Source of the DNA: Azolla caroliniana
Lineage: Eukaryota > Plantae > Polypodiophyta
Assembly (NCBI GenBank): GCA_043228905.1
Contig: JBHGNT010000013.1
Location: forward strand, 12,958,001 to 13,022,000
Reading direction: 5' to 3'
Length of the DNA stretch: 64,000 nt
The translations under genes and the position numbers were made by a program. Under the pieces are notes generated by a model. It ran no database searches and was not told where the DNA came from. It worked only from the letters and a program-made list of their open reading frames with translations. Of this stretch, positions 37,526-50,660 are shown in pieces. Positions within the stretch are counted from its first letter, which is position 1. Every line of letters begins with the position of its first letter.

Positions 37526-39092
37526 AACAGATAAAAGCTCGTGAGCACAGCAATAGATAAACCAACATCACGTTTTTCTTAATACGTGATTGTTTTATAT
37601 GTGAAGAAGAGAACCAATGATTGTTTTGTCCTCACAAGCTTGTACGGGTGTTATGTTGTAGGTTTTTTAAGGGTTACAATTACTCATCTCATTTGTAGTT
37701 TGTCCGGGGTCTTTGTGTTGAAAACAAAACTTGACCAAAGAGAGATATTACATGCCGATGAACCAACTTTATTAAAGGTTGTCTTGACCAAGAGAGTATT
37801 ATGAGAGTTAAAGTGAGAATTAAACTACAGAATTAGATTAGATAGCTTAGGGGTAGCTACATCGGTTGACTTCCCTACAATGAGTGTCATACAATTTCAT
37901 TTTTTGTTACTAATCATATATCAACTTAGTATAAATGATAATAATAAGGTTTTGATACTTGTTGGAACTAATTGGATTAATCTTAGATGATTATACTAAG
38001 ACCTTCAACATACTCCAAGTTGTGGTTTTTTTATCATGATAAGATTATATGTATTGAAAGGTGGGCATATGGCTTGAGATATGATCCTAGTTCTCCATTG
38101 TTTGAGAAGATGTTCATTTTGTTGAGTTCATCATGTTCCTTACTCAATAGCTTGATGACTCAAGAGTCACATATGTGTCTTTTAAAATGCATAAACAAAT
38201 GTCACTTGTTTTCAAGGAGTTTTTTTGGGGGCACTAATTAGACACTAGAGGATTTCACAATAAGCACTATCAAGAAGAAGAAGACGAAGAACAGTGGTTG
38301 GGCAAAGCATGATGCTGAAATAACCCCATAACATATGCAGGAAGTGATTGTTGCAAGCCCACCTTTTGCTTCTAAATAATATACTTTACATTCAACTACT
38401 TTACACATGTGAGAAGTGACTGTTGCAAGACCACCTTTTGCTTCTAAGTAAACTATGCATTTGAGTAACTATCTAGCACTAACAATACCATGGGACTTCT
38501 AACCTTTTTAACTCCTATTAAGGTAGATGTAAAACATGAATTATGAATTCATACACCAATATATACCAAATACCTTCTTTAGTCAATGGTTCTCAGGTAA
38601 GAATTAATCCATTCAAGAGTACGGTTACGTGCATTTTAAATCTAAGAAAAAGCTCAATTATCAGTGGAAATCTAGCTTATAAAGAATATACGGTAGGATA
38701 TCTACCATATGTTGAAAACGTGTCATAGATGATATACTTCAGTAAAAATCATCTAACATGAAAAGATGATGATATACCATAAAAATGTAATTACAAGCCA
38801 ACATATACAAATATCTTAAAATAGACCAAGCAAACAAAATCAAGAACAAGAATAACTCGACAAACCCAAAGCAAAAAACAACACAAGGAGCATGAAGTAA
38901 TTAGAGCCAACTTAAACAGGCGTTCAAAAAGTATCATCACTAAAAGTGTCACGCGGTTAAAAGATCTGGCTTGCATTCCAGAACTAAAACCAGAATTTCT
39001 TCACCTACGAGTCAGCATCTAATTGTAGAAAATTTAAATTGTGTGCAATCCATCCATCTATTATGCCTCTGTACATTAGCATTTCCATTTAC

Positions 39093-39740
39093 CTATGCAC
39101 TACCACTTACATCACCATTAATATCCAATGGCGATGTAGACTTTGGTTCAACGGCAAACCCTGCAGAGAGCCATCCTTGAGCCTTCGCCTTATCCACGTA
39201 CCGTAAAAGCTTCTGCTTTGCATCATGTATGTCCAAGGCAAGATCCTCTAAGCTATCTAAAACTCTGGTGAAACCTTTCAACATCTCATTTGAAGTGATA
39301 AGGCCTTCACGAGAACATTCTTGCAGCAAGTTCAACAAATTCTCATTCTGTTTCTCCATGGCCATAACAAGAGCTTTCTTCACAACTTCATGGTGGAAGA
39401 ATGGCATATCAAGGTCCCAAATACATTGGCAAGCCTCCAACACATCTCCACCAGCTTCATACTCTTCCAAGAGCTTCACGATTTTGTCTTTTGCATCCTC
39501 TACAGCCCAGCCAGAGCCACCTCCCCAGCACCGCAAGATTCGTTCACTAGCATGCAAAGGTGGTGACAAGTAGCTTTTCTCAGCTTTATGTATGACATTA
39601 TGACCTTTCGATCCTTCGGGCAAAGTTTGGGTTACTTTATGAATAAATGATGGAGGAAGAATATCATCAACAATAGCTCTAGCCACAAATAGAGCAAGTA
39701 TATCGAGTGCATCTAGTATGTCAATCACCAAGTCATCTAG
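39093..39740 (-). pseudogene. MA3-domain translation regulator (MRF/ECIP1/PDCD4-like) fragment, 5'-truncated and internally deleted
   Basis: LALFVARAIVDDILPP, AEKSYLS, RCWGGGSGWAVEDAKDKI.KLLEEY, PFFHHEVVKKALVMAME, KGF.RV.DSLEDLALDI. Confidence 0.88.
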
Positions 39741-40597
39741 TATTCCCGAATAGACTGAGCAGTTGGAGTAGCCACTAGTTTATATGGTTCCTGATAATTC
39801 AACATTTATTATGATGAGCCGATCTTCAACAATCGAATTCGTCGGGAGTTCGGGATGTTCAAGCATAGTCGAACGAGGATGGTGGAGAATGTTTTCAAAA
39901 AATGGGGAATATCGCCCTGGGACGCAACAAGGAAAAGCAGATCCTTATCTCGACGTTCATATATGGAACTTCAACCAGGAGAGGCCACATTTGAAAGTCA
40001 GAAGCAAATCCTCTTGGGTCTTGACCATCTACGACTAATGACATTTCATGTTATAGACACACCCAGGGATTCAAGTCTTCTTAACTCCATTCGGGAGCAT
40101 ATTGCGACTGATGAATTCGCCCAAGACATTCTGAACCATATTATTCTAGATCGTGCTTCTTGTTCACAATCTCATAAATCGTCGTCAAGACTAGAACTAG
40201 TTCAAGTGGCATGATGGATTACTTTTTCAACAAAATCTCTTATATGTGCCTGATGGTCCTTCTCGACTCCAAGACTTGCAACAATGTCATGACGCACCAA
40301 TGGCTAGACATTTCGGTATCCACAAGACTTTGACGTTAATTTCTCGAAGATATTGGTGGCCACGACTTCACCATTTTGGTACGGATTATGTTCGTATTTG
40401 TGATACATGTTGCCTATCCCAAAAAACTTGACATCATCCATATGGCTTATTACAGCGAATGCCTATTCCTGAGAGTCCGTGGAAATCTATTTCATTGGAC
40501 CTTATTACGGATTAGCCCTTAGCCCACTCTTTGTAAGCTTGTTTCATCATAATATAATCTCATTTCCATTTCAACTCTTATCACTCTCTCTCTCTCT

Positions 40598-40957
40598 TGC
40601 TTCCATGTGACTTAGCTCACATGCATTGCAATGTGAAATAGGGCGCTGGGATACAAGTGATGAGAGTGTTCGGCTATGCGCACTTTGCCCTAAACAAGTT
40701 TGCGAGTCTGAGTATCACACTTTGATACAATGCTCTGGCTTTGATCATATTCGACCATCCTTTACACATCTCTTCGATCGAGCCCAATCTTTGCATGAAT
40801 TCCTCTCACAACCACAATGTGCACTCTCGATTGCAACATTCATTGGTAAAGTTCTTGAACATCGAGAGTCGCTACTCACTTTCACACATATCACGTGAAA
40901 TGTAATATTTTTGGTCTCATAGGTCATATTTGACCTCCGAAGACGATAATATAATCT
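40598..40957 (+). mobile_element. 5'-truncated non-LTR retrotransposon 3' end (RTEX-like) within a (TC)n tract
   Basis: H.LQCEIGRW...RLCALC...ESEYHTLIQC..FDHIR is a C-terminal CCHC motif; 3' hairpin AGGTCA-TATT-TGACCT and ATAAT tail; absent from the other three copies of the host element. Confidence 0.7.
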
Positions 40958-40972
40958 ATCTCTCTCTCTCTA

Positions 40973-41068
<96 letters not shown>
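40958..41068. repeat. Long (TC)n microsatellite
   Basis: About 110 bp, direct observation. Confidence 0.95.
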
Positions 41069-41071
<3 letters not shown>

Positions 41072-41587
41072 CTCACGAGTCACGATAGTCCTCCAATTGT
41101 TGACATTCTTTTCACTTAAGAATAACTACTCCTTTATGCGTTTTTGGTTTGCTTATTATCAAGCTTAGATAGATAATATCTCCAACATTTTAGTGTGGAC
41201 AATACTCAAATCGATTCATAAAAACTAGAAACAATTTTCTTGACTACTTATGGTGGTTGACTCAAAATCAAATGTTTGCTTCCCATAGCTTGGAATCCTA
41301 CATTTGTAGACTTTCTTTTAGAATATTTGATGTTGCCGTCGTTGATTTATATCGAGCCATTGTGTGGCAAGCCAATACATTATCAAAATTTAGTGAGGTG
41401 ACATCTATCATGAATATTTGACCGCTTAAGCCAAATGTGTGAATATTAGCCCGACTCCATATTTTGAAAATTTCCTAATATAACCGAATATTTTTGCCTT
41501 AGCATAACGCCAACTAAGATAATCATTACACGGATTGCCCAAAATATTAATAGTTGTACTATTTCATGGTAGAAGCGAACCAAATAT

Positions 41588-41668
41588 GGCAAATTGGCCG
41601 AGTGGTTAAGGCGTTTGATTTGAAATCAAATGGGTTCGCCCTCGTAGGTTAGAATCCTGAAGTTGTTG
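41588..41668 (+). pseudogene. tRNA-Ser(UGA)-derived copy
   Basis: Full length; B box mutated to GGTTAGAAT. Confidence 0.7.
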
Positions 41669-42243
41669 AGATTCTTTAACTATGTTTTGGAAACTATTTA
41701 CAAACATTGCGCTTCTGTGCTTTAAACATTAAATATCCCAATAGGAATCAAATGTATGTGCACTAACATACTTGTGAACACTTAAATCGTATCGCTACCC
41801 AAAGAATAAAGACTCATTATTTTCCAATTTCCTACCTTATTAGCATGCTTACATAGAAAATATTTTCCACATTTAATCACAACCAATACTAAAATATGTT
41901 ATCGTAGATGGCTACATAGGATAATTAGGCCGAGTTGTGAAGGCATTTGAGTAGATATGAAATGGGTTCCCACTCGTAGGTTTGAGCTTGACATAAGCTG
42001 AAAAATAAATATCCCATCTTAGGAAGAATTGGTCAACATATAGAGTAAACTAAATTTTATAAAACACATTTGTGAACATTGGTTTCCCTATCTATCTTAA
42101 AAACAGCCTAACCTAATGAAACGTAATTGCAATAAGCTAGTAGTGAGCACATAAATAGTAGCATTACGTTAAGAATAACTACTCTCTCTAGCGTTTTTCT
42201 TTCGCTTATTTTCAAGCATAGATAAGAGATGCCAACTAAATAC

Positions 42244-42324
42244 GGCAATTTGGCCGATTGGTTAAGGTGTTTGACTTGAAAGCAAATGGGTTCGCCCTTG
42301 CAGGTTCCAATCTTGCAGTTCTCG
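42244..42324 (+). pseudogene. tRNA-Ser(UGA)-derived copy
   Basis: Full length; B box GGTTCCAAT. Confidence 0.7.
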
Positions 42325-42624
42325 ACATTCTTCCGCTTAGGTGTTGAAATTGTTCACTAACGTTGAGCTTCTGTTCCTTAAACAGTAAATATCCCATCTT
42401 AGTAACGAATCCCACATAGAGGAAACATGACTTTTAATGTCCCATGTGTTAATATTAGGTTCCCAAGGGATTGGAGAAACGGGCTATATCGTATCGCTAC
42501 CCAAAAAATAAAGACTTATAATTGTCCTGTTTTCTGCTTTATTAGCATGCTTAGATAGATAATATTTGCAACATTTACTTACAAATAATACTAAAATATG
42601 TAACTATCATTAATTGCAAAATAG

Positions 42625-42705
42625 GACAACTTGGCCGAGTGGTTACGGCGTTTGACTTGAAATCAAATTGGTTCGCCCTCGTAGGTTCGAATCCTACAAT
42701 TGTCG
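42625..42705 (+). tRNA. trnS: tRNA-Ser(UGA), near-intact
   Basis: Intact D, anticodon and T arms; one acceptor and one variable-arm mismatch; TTCTTTT downstream. Confidence 0.8.
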
Positions 42706-43212
42706 ACATTCTTTTCCCTTAAGAATAACTACTCCTTCATGCGTTTTTGGTTTTCTTATTATCAAACTTAGATAGATAATATCTCCAACATTTTAGTGCG
42801 GACAATACTCAAATCGATTCATCAAAACTAGAAACCATTTTCCCGACTGCTTATGGTGGTTGACTCAAAATCAAATGTTTGCTTCTTGGAGCTTGGAATC
42901 CTCTATTTTTAGAATTTCTTTTAGAATCTTTGATGTTGCCGTCGTTGATTTACATCAAGTCATTGTGTGGCAAACCAATACATATCACAATTCAGAGAGG
43001 CGAAATCTATCATGAATATTTGACCGCTTAAGTCAAATGTGTCAATATTAGCTCGACTCCAGATAACCAAATATTTTTGCATTAACATAATGCCAACTAG
43101 GAAAATCATTAGACGGGTTGACCAAAATATTAATACTTGTACTATCTCATAGAAGCCAACAAAATATGGCAATTTGGCCAAGTGGTTTAGGTGTTTGACT
43201 TGAAATCAAATG

Positions 43213-46200
43213 TGGGACCACAAAGATGATTTCTCGCTCTTCAAATACCTCGGCGATACGCATGAAGCGCGCTCACCACAAAAGCATTGTGTCCTTTCCC
43301 TGCCCACCGTAGCACCCAACATGGCCTTTGCTTATCCCTGCTTCAACGGCGAAACCGACGCCGCAACCCACATCTGACTGTTCCTCAATGTCTAGAATGC
43401 AAACCACATGGCGGAGAGCCTTTCCGAAGCAGTAGCGCACCAGTCCAAAATGACGGAGTTCGGATTGACCTTGGATGGGAGAGCGGCGTTTTGGCATTCA
43501 CAGATGGATTTGCCAGCAATCACGACCTTCGACGAGTTGTAGTCAGCCTTTCTACGGTTTTTTCATTGGAGTGTCACGCAACGCGAAATCCTCGGGCAGT
43601 TTTACACAATTAAATAGTTGCCAATCGCGATGGTAGCGGATTTCAGTTTACGCTTCAAAAATCTACGGCGGAAATTAGAACGGGGCCCAAGGGAGGACGA
43701 GGCGAGGGAGACATTTTGGCAGCATTACGCCGACCCATACGGACAACACTCAACAACAATAGTGTGAAAGGGGAAACAACCAATATGTTCATAGAAAGAG
43801 CGCTACAGCTCGAGCTCGACGAAGAAGAGGAAAGGTTTTCCATGTCCTCATTGCGACAAGCATTAGCTCAGGACGAGGAACGACATTTTCGCCAAGCGAT
43901 CCAGTGCACGATTTGCTAGAATTAAGGGCATTCCGCCATTGAATGCAACATGTGAATCCACTGTCCAATCTGTCACTCGAAAGCTCACACAGTTGAGCAG
44001 TGCGAGTACAATATGTAGAACAGAGCCACGCCCACAGTACGCGATGGCATGGTATATGGATCGAAACCCACGCGATGACCGACACTACCGGAATCACCGA
44101 AATCACAACGATTCCGAGGAAGACGAGCCAGAGGATGAAGACTACCGTGGCAACCCTAGAAATACTAAAGAGGGCCAACGCTATGAGAATTACCGTCCGG
44201 CACCAGGAACCACGACGACACCAACATCAACCACAGCGTACACTTCGACGCACGAATAAGGACCGGGAGGAGTAAGTCACACCTGGGGATCGGCACACAC
44301 CACTAGGGGCCGAGAAGGGCGAATCTATGATCCATTGTTTTGTTCGTCAATAGCCTGGACATTATGCCACACAATGCCCAGTACGTAAGGGCAAGGGGCC
44401 CGCCGTCAATACGATTACGGCAGAAGTACAACAAGTCACAACACGTCAGCAAACAAAAAATTTTGATTGGGCCGCGCAAGATGAGATACGGCGGACAACC
44501 CAAGAATGGGTTGAAAAAGAAAACGCGGCAAATACGGACAGCATGCGGAAGGAGTCTGCAAACACGGTGGAGCTATTGAAGGAAGAGGGACCATCTCCAC
44601 ACCCCATATGGCAAGCACTAACAAGCTCCAAGATAACGTTAACCATTGACAAGTTGCTGCAACTAGTCCCACAATTCCGCCAGGCCGTGGAAGAGCAGAT
44701 GACGAGCAGACCTGGGTCGTTGCCGCGAATTTTATGGACTTTAGCGATGGACCGACATTGCTGGATCAACACAACCCGGCTATTAAGTTGATACTACACA
44801 ATCAGGAAATGCTAGGATGCGTAATCGATGGCGGCTCGGGCGTTAATGTAATTAGCGTGAAGACATGCGAACAATTGGGAATTTCAGAATGGGAAGCTTG
44901 CCAGTTTTGGCTTTGCATGGCGGATACTTGTCAGTACGACCATTGGGGTTGATACGCAAGGTAGGCATTATCATGGGAGGAGATCACTTCGACATCTTGG
45001 CAGTAGTCCTCGCCCTTGACGCCCCAGGGGTGTATGTGATGTTGTTGGGCAGACTGTAGCTTTATTCTACGAAAATCAAGCAGAGCTAGCAACACAAGTG
45101 TATCAGCTTTCGACGCGGACGCACCAAGGTCCGCATACCAATAGAGGAAATGGAGACACAACCCAAGGGCATAACACCATTGTTCGTACAGGATATAAAT
45201 ATGTTGGCTGGGGTGGATGATACCGAATTAGAGGTATACCTAGACGAGCACCCTCGGATTATTCCACTGTTCGAAATCGACGGTATCGAAACCACGATGG
45301 AATATGCCATGCCCCCTACACTCCACGACGAGGCTTACGACCCAAACCCAGAGTCAATGTTAGGACTAAGCAGAGCACGGGCAGCGTTCGAAAGGTAAAT
45401 GGAAATTTCACGACGAGTCACCGTCTCCGCCTTGGAAGAAGTAAACGTGGGTACGGCGTCAGAACCCCATTTCCTCTCCATCATAAAAGAATTAATGCCG
45501 GATCAGAGAGACGCGATGATGGCACTACTCAGGAAGTATAAAGATGTGTTCGCCTGGTTCAGAAGGACATGAAGGGGTTAGATCGGAAGTTCTATGAGCA
45601 GAAGATCAATTTAGCAACCGACGCGAAACCGGTCCACCAACGTCGATACCGCATGAACCCAAACTACGCGGCCCGTGTAAAAGAAGAAATTGACAAACTC
45701 CTCAAGGCTGGATTCATACGACCAGTTAAACAAGCCACATGGTTAAGCCCGACAGTAGTCGTACCAAAGAAAAATGGGAAAATACGGGTATGCGTGGACT
45801 ACCGGAAATTAAACGCCGTAACCATTACAGACGCATTCCCTTTAGCTTTCACCGATAGCGTACTGTACGCGGGGCATGCCATGTATAGTTTTTTAGATGG
45901 CTTCAGTGGGTACAACCAAGTACGCATGCACCCCGACGACCAAGAGAAGAAGGCGTTTGTCACGGATTAGGGAGTCTATGTTGTAGTCGTCATGATGTTC
46001 GGGCTAAAGACGGTGCCGGCGACATTTCAACGGACAATCACAGAGAATTTTGGGCAATATATTCTAGTATTCGTGCAAGTTTTTTTAGACGATTTTGCGG
46101 TATATGGGACAACAACCGACCATTTTACGCATCTACAATTGTGCCTGGAGCGTTTCCGAACCGCACGCTTAAGCCTGATTCTCGCCAAATGTGCCTTCGG

Positions 46201-46480
46201 TGTTACCAACAAGGAAGGGATAGCGGTCACTCCAAATAATATCTCCGTGATTACTCACGCGAAAAGGCCAACAAACGTGAAATCACTCAACCGGTTTTTA
46301 GGACAAATACGATGGCACAGTTGGATGATACGCTATTTGGTGGACTTCGCCACGCCGTTACATGCCACAATTCATTGGACTCCCTTCCAATGGACAGCTA
46401 CGGAAGAGAAGGCATATGATGCGCTAAAGGTAATGCTAACAAAGGCACCCGTCGTACAGCCACCAGTTTGGGCGAAGCAC
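43213..46480 (+). mobile_element. Paralogous copy of the Tat/Athila-like gypsy relic
   Basis: Colinear with ~2918-6342 with the same 3' breakpoint; protease CVIDGGSGVNVIS and RT motifs. Confidence 0.9.
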
Positions 46481-49379
46481 CAAAATATGTAACTATGATA
46501 GAGAGCAAAATAGGACAACTTGGCTGAGTGGTTAACGCGTTTGACTTGGCCGTTGGGAAGATATTCCTCGTAAGGGATAATTTTGAGAATTAGTGTAGTA
46601 GGCTCATTTATGAGCGGTAAAGTACTGTCAGTACTTGTGTCAGCCCGATTGTCAGGGCTTGTATAAAAGGTGATAACTGAGCACAGTCTATGTACAGATT
46701 GAGTATTATTTTAAATTGAGTTTCTTTGTGTTCTCTCTCTCTGTCACTCCCGCATATTGTGTATATTCAAGCTCTCCATTAAACCTGCGTATTTTCTGTG
46801 TTCAGTTTTCTATTGCTTCCGCACGCTATTCTTTTCAGGAAACAAGGTTACAAAGAGTAGGCAAAGGGCTAAAGATTGGTGTTGAACCGAATGAGTTGTG
46901 ATGAATGAATAGACACCTATTTATAGGTCCTTATGGAGTATTCTAAAATGTTCTCAAATATTCTAGATATTTATGATATTTAATATAATCATGGAATATC
47001 CTAGAATGTTCTAGAATATTCTAGAATACTCTATATATCTTGTAATAACTAATAATATATTTATTATAAATAGATATCATATATGTTATGATAATGGTTA
47101 AAGGTCTAACATATAAACCAAGACGTCTTGGGATTGAATCCTTGTAAGGCCAAAATGTATGTCTTCATGACATTATCCTCCCTTTTCGACAACGAGTTCC
47201 ACTAGTCGGAAGACAAGATTTAGGACTTTGCTTATGGGGATATTTGTTGTGAAACACAACAACCATTTTGGAAGCATTAGCAAGATTCTCGAAAGGTTCC
47301 CATGTTCGATCATTAGGTGTATAACCTAACTAGTCAACCAAATAATATAGTTTGTTGAGAACTATCTTGGAAGCCATTCGAAACATCGATTGGAGGTGGG
47401 GGAGATGTAAGACGACCTGGAATAGAGTTGGTTTTGTAGGGCTCCAAAAGTGAAACATGGAAGACCGGGTGAAGATCCATATGAGGGGGGAGATCAAGGC
47501 AAAATGCCATATTAGTAATCTTACCACATATCACATATAGGCCAAATGTTGATAATCCAATTTGTAGCAAGGTCAGGTTGTTTTAATGTGACCTTGTAAA
47601 ACCCATACTCGATCTCCCACTTCAAACGTAGTCGATGACGGTCGGCAACCTTCTTTTGAGTGTTTTAAGCATCACATGAATCACTTCTTGTAGTCGGCTG
47701 CCAAAAGTGAAACATGGAAGACCGGGTGAAGATCCATATGAGGGGGGAGATCAAGGGAAAATGCCATATTAGTAGTCTTACCAGATATCACATATAGGCC
47801 AAAATGTTGATAATCCAATTTGTAGCAAGGTCAGGTTGTTTTAATGTGACCTTGTAAAACCCATACTCGATCTCCCACTTCAAACGTTGTCGATGAATCA
47901 CATCGATGACGGTCGGCAACCTTCTTTTGAGTGTTTTAAGCATCACATGAATCACTTCTTGTAGTCGGCTGAACCGATCTTCCACAATCGGGTTCATCGA
48001 GATTCGGGATGTTCAAGGATAGTCGAACGAGGATGGTACCCTACATTTGCAAAAAATGGGGAATATCGCTCGGGGACCCAACAAGGAAAAGCAAATGCTT
48101 TATCTCGGCGTTCATATATGGAACTTCAACCAGGAGAGGCACATGAAAGTCAGAAGAAAATCCTCTTTGGTCTTGACCGTTGTCGTGAAGATCCGTCACT
48201 ACGCGTGGATCGTGAGGCGGAACCGCCGGGGTTCTAGACCGGAAGGATTCAAAGTCGAGACAAGCTTTGGCGAGAAAGTACTTAAGATAGATTGGGAAAG
48301 AGAGAAGTTGACATTAAACGATTGAGAGAGATTGATTGAACTTTTAACTTTAGATTTAAGAAACAAGTTACACCATCAATTTGATAACGAATTTCTTCTT
48401 CTTAATTTCATAATAATAAAAAAACCCCCCGTCTTTTTTCTCCTCCCCCTTCCCTCTTTTATAGATGCTCTCATGCATATGATGCATGTGAGGGTACAAG
48501 ACATGCATAAATTGCATGTTTGCCATTTGTCGCTTATGTATTACATGTGGTACATGATAACCATGTCACTCATTTTAGTTCTCATGTATGAGAATTTACA
48601 TGTAAAAGTACAATGATAGAAATATAATTTCAACTAAATAGCATGGCTTAATGGTAATCCAATTGACTCCTAACTTGGAGGTGCAAGGTTTGAATCCTTA
48701 CTTGCCCTCCTTGTATATGTAAATATGTATATATATTTATATATTTATTTATCTAGTCGCCGGTTCGCCGGATACCGTCGCCGGATGCCGTCGGTTATCG
48801 GTGCGTCGCCAAATACCGTCGGTTACCAGTGCCGTCGCCGGATACCGGTGTGTCGCCGTATACCGTCGGTTACCGGTGCCGCCGTCGGATGCCGCCGGAT
48901 CACCGGCTCCATCGCCGGTCCGGTTTTGGTTGGCCAAAACCCTTTACGAGTAGCTAGCCCACCTCCACTCTTAGTTCAAGTTGCCTTGAACTCTCTATGC
49001 TCCACACATAGACACAAAGATAATATCTTTTGCTCCACCTTATATATGATGAGAGCTGTATTTGTCGTGCCTATGTGGGATATCTCACAATTTTCTCCTT
49101 TCCTTTTACAAACTTTATACCCTCATATCTTGACATTTAGTTGTCCGTTTCTCGTGGAATAAAGTGCATTCGAAACCTCCATCATTTTGTACTTAGATAT
49201 TAAATCTATTTAAAATGTTATCTTCACAATTACTGTACTATGTGATTCATACTCGATTTCGTAAGTTTTATGGGATTTTCACACTATTGCCGAAAATCTT
49301 CACGACATCCACCCCCACCAAACCGCACGTCCTCTGGTACGTGCCAAGAAGAGAAGAAGTGAGATTTCGGCTACGATGA

Positions 49380-50578
49380 TCAATTAGATTCCTCCATGTC
49401 TTCATTTTCATCCGGCCTATTATGGTCATCGTCGAGGTAATCGAGGTCAGGATCCTTGTCTTGTCTTTTCTTGAAAATCTTTACTCTTTTTCCCGCAATG
49501 GGTACGGCCAACCTTGATCCGTCTAGTTCTGCAAGGTGGTATGTGGCATTATCGTTGGCACTTGGCACCACATACGGCCCGAACCATCTTCTTGCGAACT
49601 TCCTTGTTGTACTGTGTTGATTGTCAAGGGTGTTGTCGTAAACCAAAACCCAATCCCCTTCTTCAATCTTCTTGGGACGAAGTCGATGCGTGTTGTCGAA
49701 CCGAACTTTGTTCTTTACTCGGGCTGCCTTCATCATCTTTCGCGCTTGTTCTAAATCTTCAGGTCTTCTTTCAAGTTGCCTTATCCACGCCGCTAATAAC
49801 TCTTCTCGGCTCATCTCGTTCTCCCACGGTATCGCTACCCATGAGGCGATCGTCCTTTCGATGGGCATAATCGGCTTTTGTCCATACATAAGCTCTGTCG
49901 GCATATACCCTGTCACCGAGCTATGTGTCGTTCTATCGGCCCACAAGGCATAGGGTAATAGTCGTGGCCAATTCCCGACTCGACCGTTGCATGCCCGTAT
50001 GATGGCTTTAACAATAGGTCCATGCCCTCGCTCGATCTTCCCATTTGTTTCCTGATTGTAGGCAGTCGTGAGGGAGAGCTTCACGCCTAGTCTTTCGAAG
50101 AGCTCCGTCGCTTCGTGCGCGTCCAACTCCCCTCGGTCGGCCACTATCTTCCCTACACATCCATATCGGCAAACAACATCTTCAAGTAAAAATTTACAAA
50201 CGGCTGAAGTCGTCTTATTTGTCCCACTCCCAAGTACTTCATTTGTCCCACTCCCATTGGCATCGAGACCAGATCCACCATCCATTTGAAGTGAATGGTG
50301 AGTGGGTATGTCGGCTTTAACTCATCACGATGACATATATTTGAATATATTTGGCAAGTTTCACATGTGGACACGAAATGGAGTACATCTTTGTACATGC
50401 TTGGCCACCAGTACTTCTCCTTCAATTTTTCGAACGTCGCCCATGTTCCTCTATGACCTGCCCAAGCACTCTCGTGGAATTCGGTCATCAGCGTCTCTTG
50501 CTCTTCTTTCTTTACCACCACTCGACGTGGTATTCCTGTCCTTCTTTTTGGATGTCGCCAAAGGAATCCTCCCTTCAA
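49380..50578 (-). pseudogene. Gypsy integrase (zinc finger, core and C-terminus), frameshifted
   Basis: FHESAWAGHRG...CETCQ, IVADRGE, TTAYNQETNGKIERGH, RWFGPY. Confidence 0.9.
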
Positions 50579-50660
50579 GAAGTATTGGTAAGCTTTCTTT
50601 CAGATTCGTAGGGCCTCCTCCTTTGTCAATGAAGCATCTGTCGTCAATGTTCTTAGGAAT

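Larger units (their letters stand above)
39815..41095. mobile_element. Rearranged chromovirus derivative, copy 3 (left part missing)
   Basis: Same inversion junction (GAATATCGCCCTGGG), same integrase zinc-finger segment and same right end (TC)n-TACTCACGAGTCACGATAG. Confidence 0.85.
41090..43212 (+). repeat. tRNA-Ser tandem array, block 3
   Basis: Units at 41588, ~41919, 42244, 42625 and 43168 (truncated); from 41461 onward it is colinear with position 1 onward. Confidence 0.95.

Noticed and set aside
37526-39090. Short ORFs and a ~35-bp direct repeat (38341 and 38413) in AT-rich unique DNA
   Set aside because: No recognisable domain; most likely the 3' UTR and downstream flank of the MA3 fragment.
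48332-49162. ORFs duplicated at 54100-54905
   Set aside because: They lie within the paired LTRs, so their identity reflects LTR duplication rather than coding constraint.
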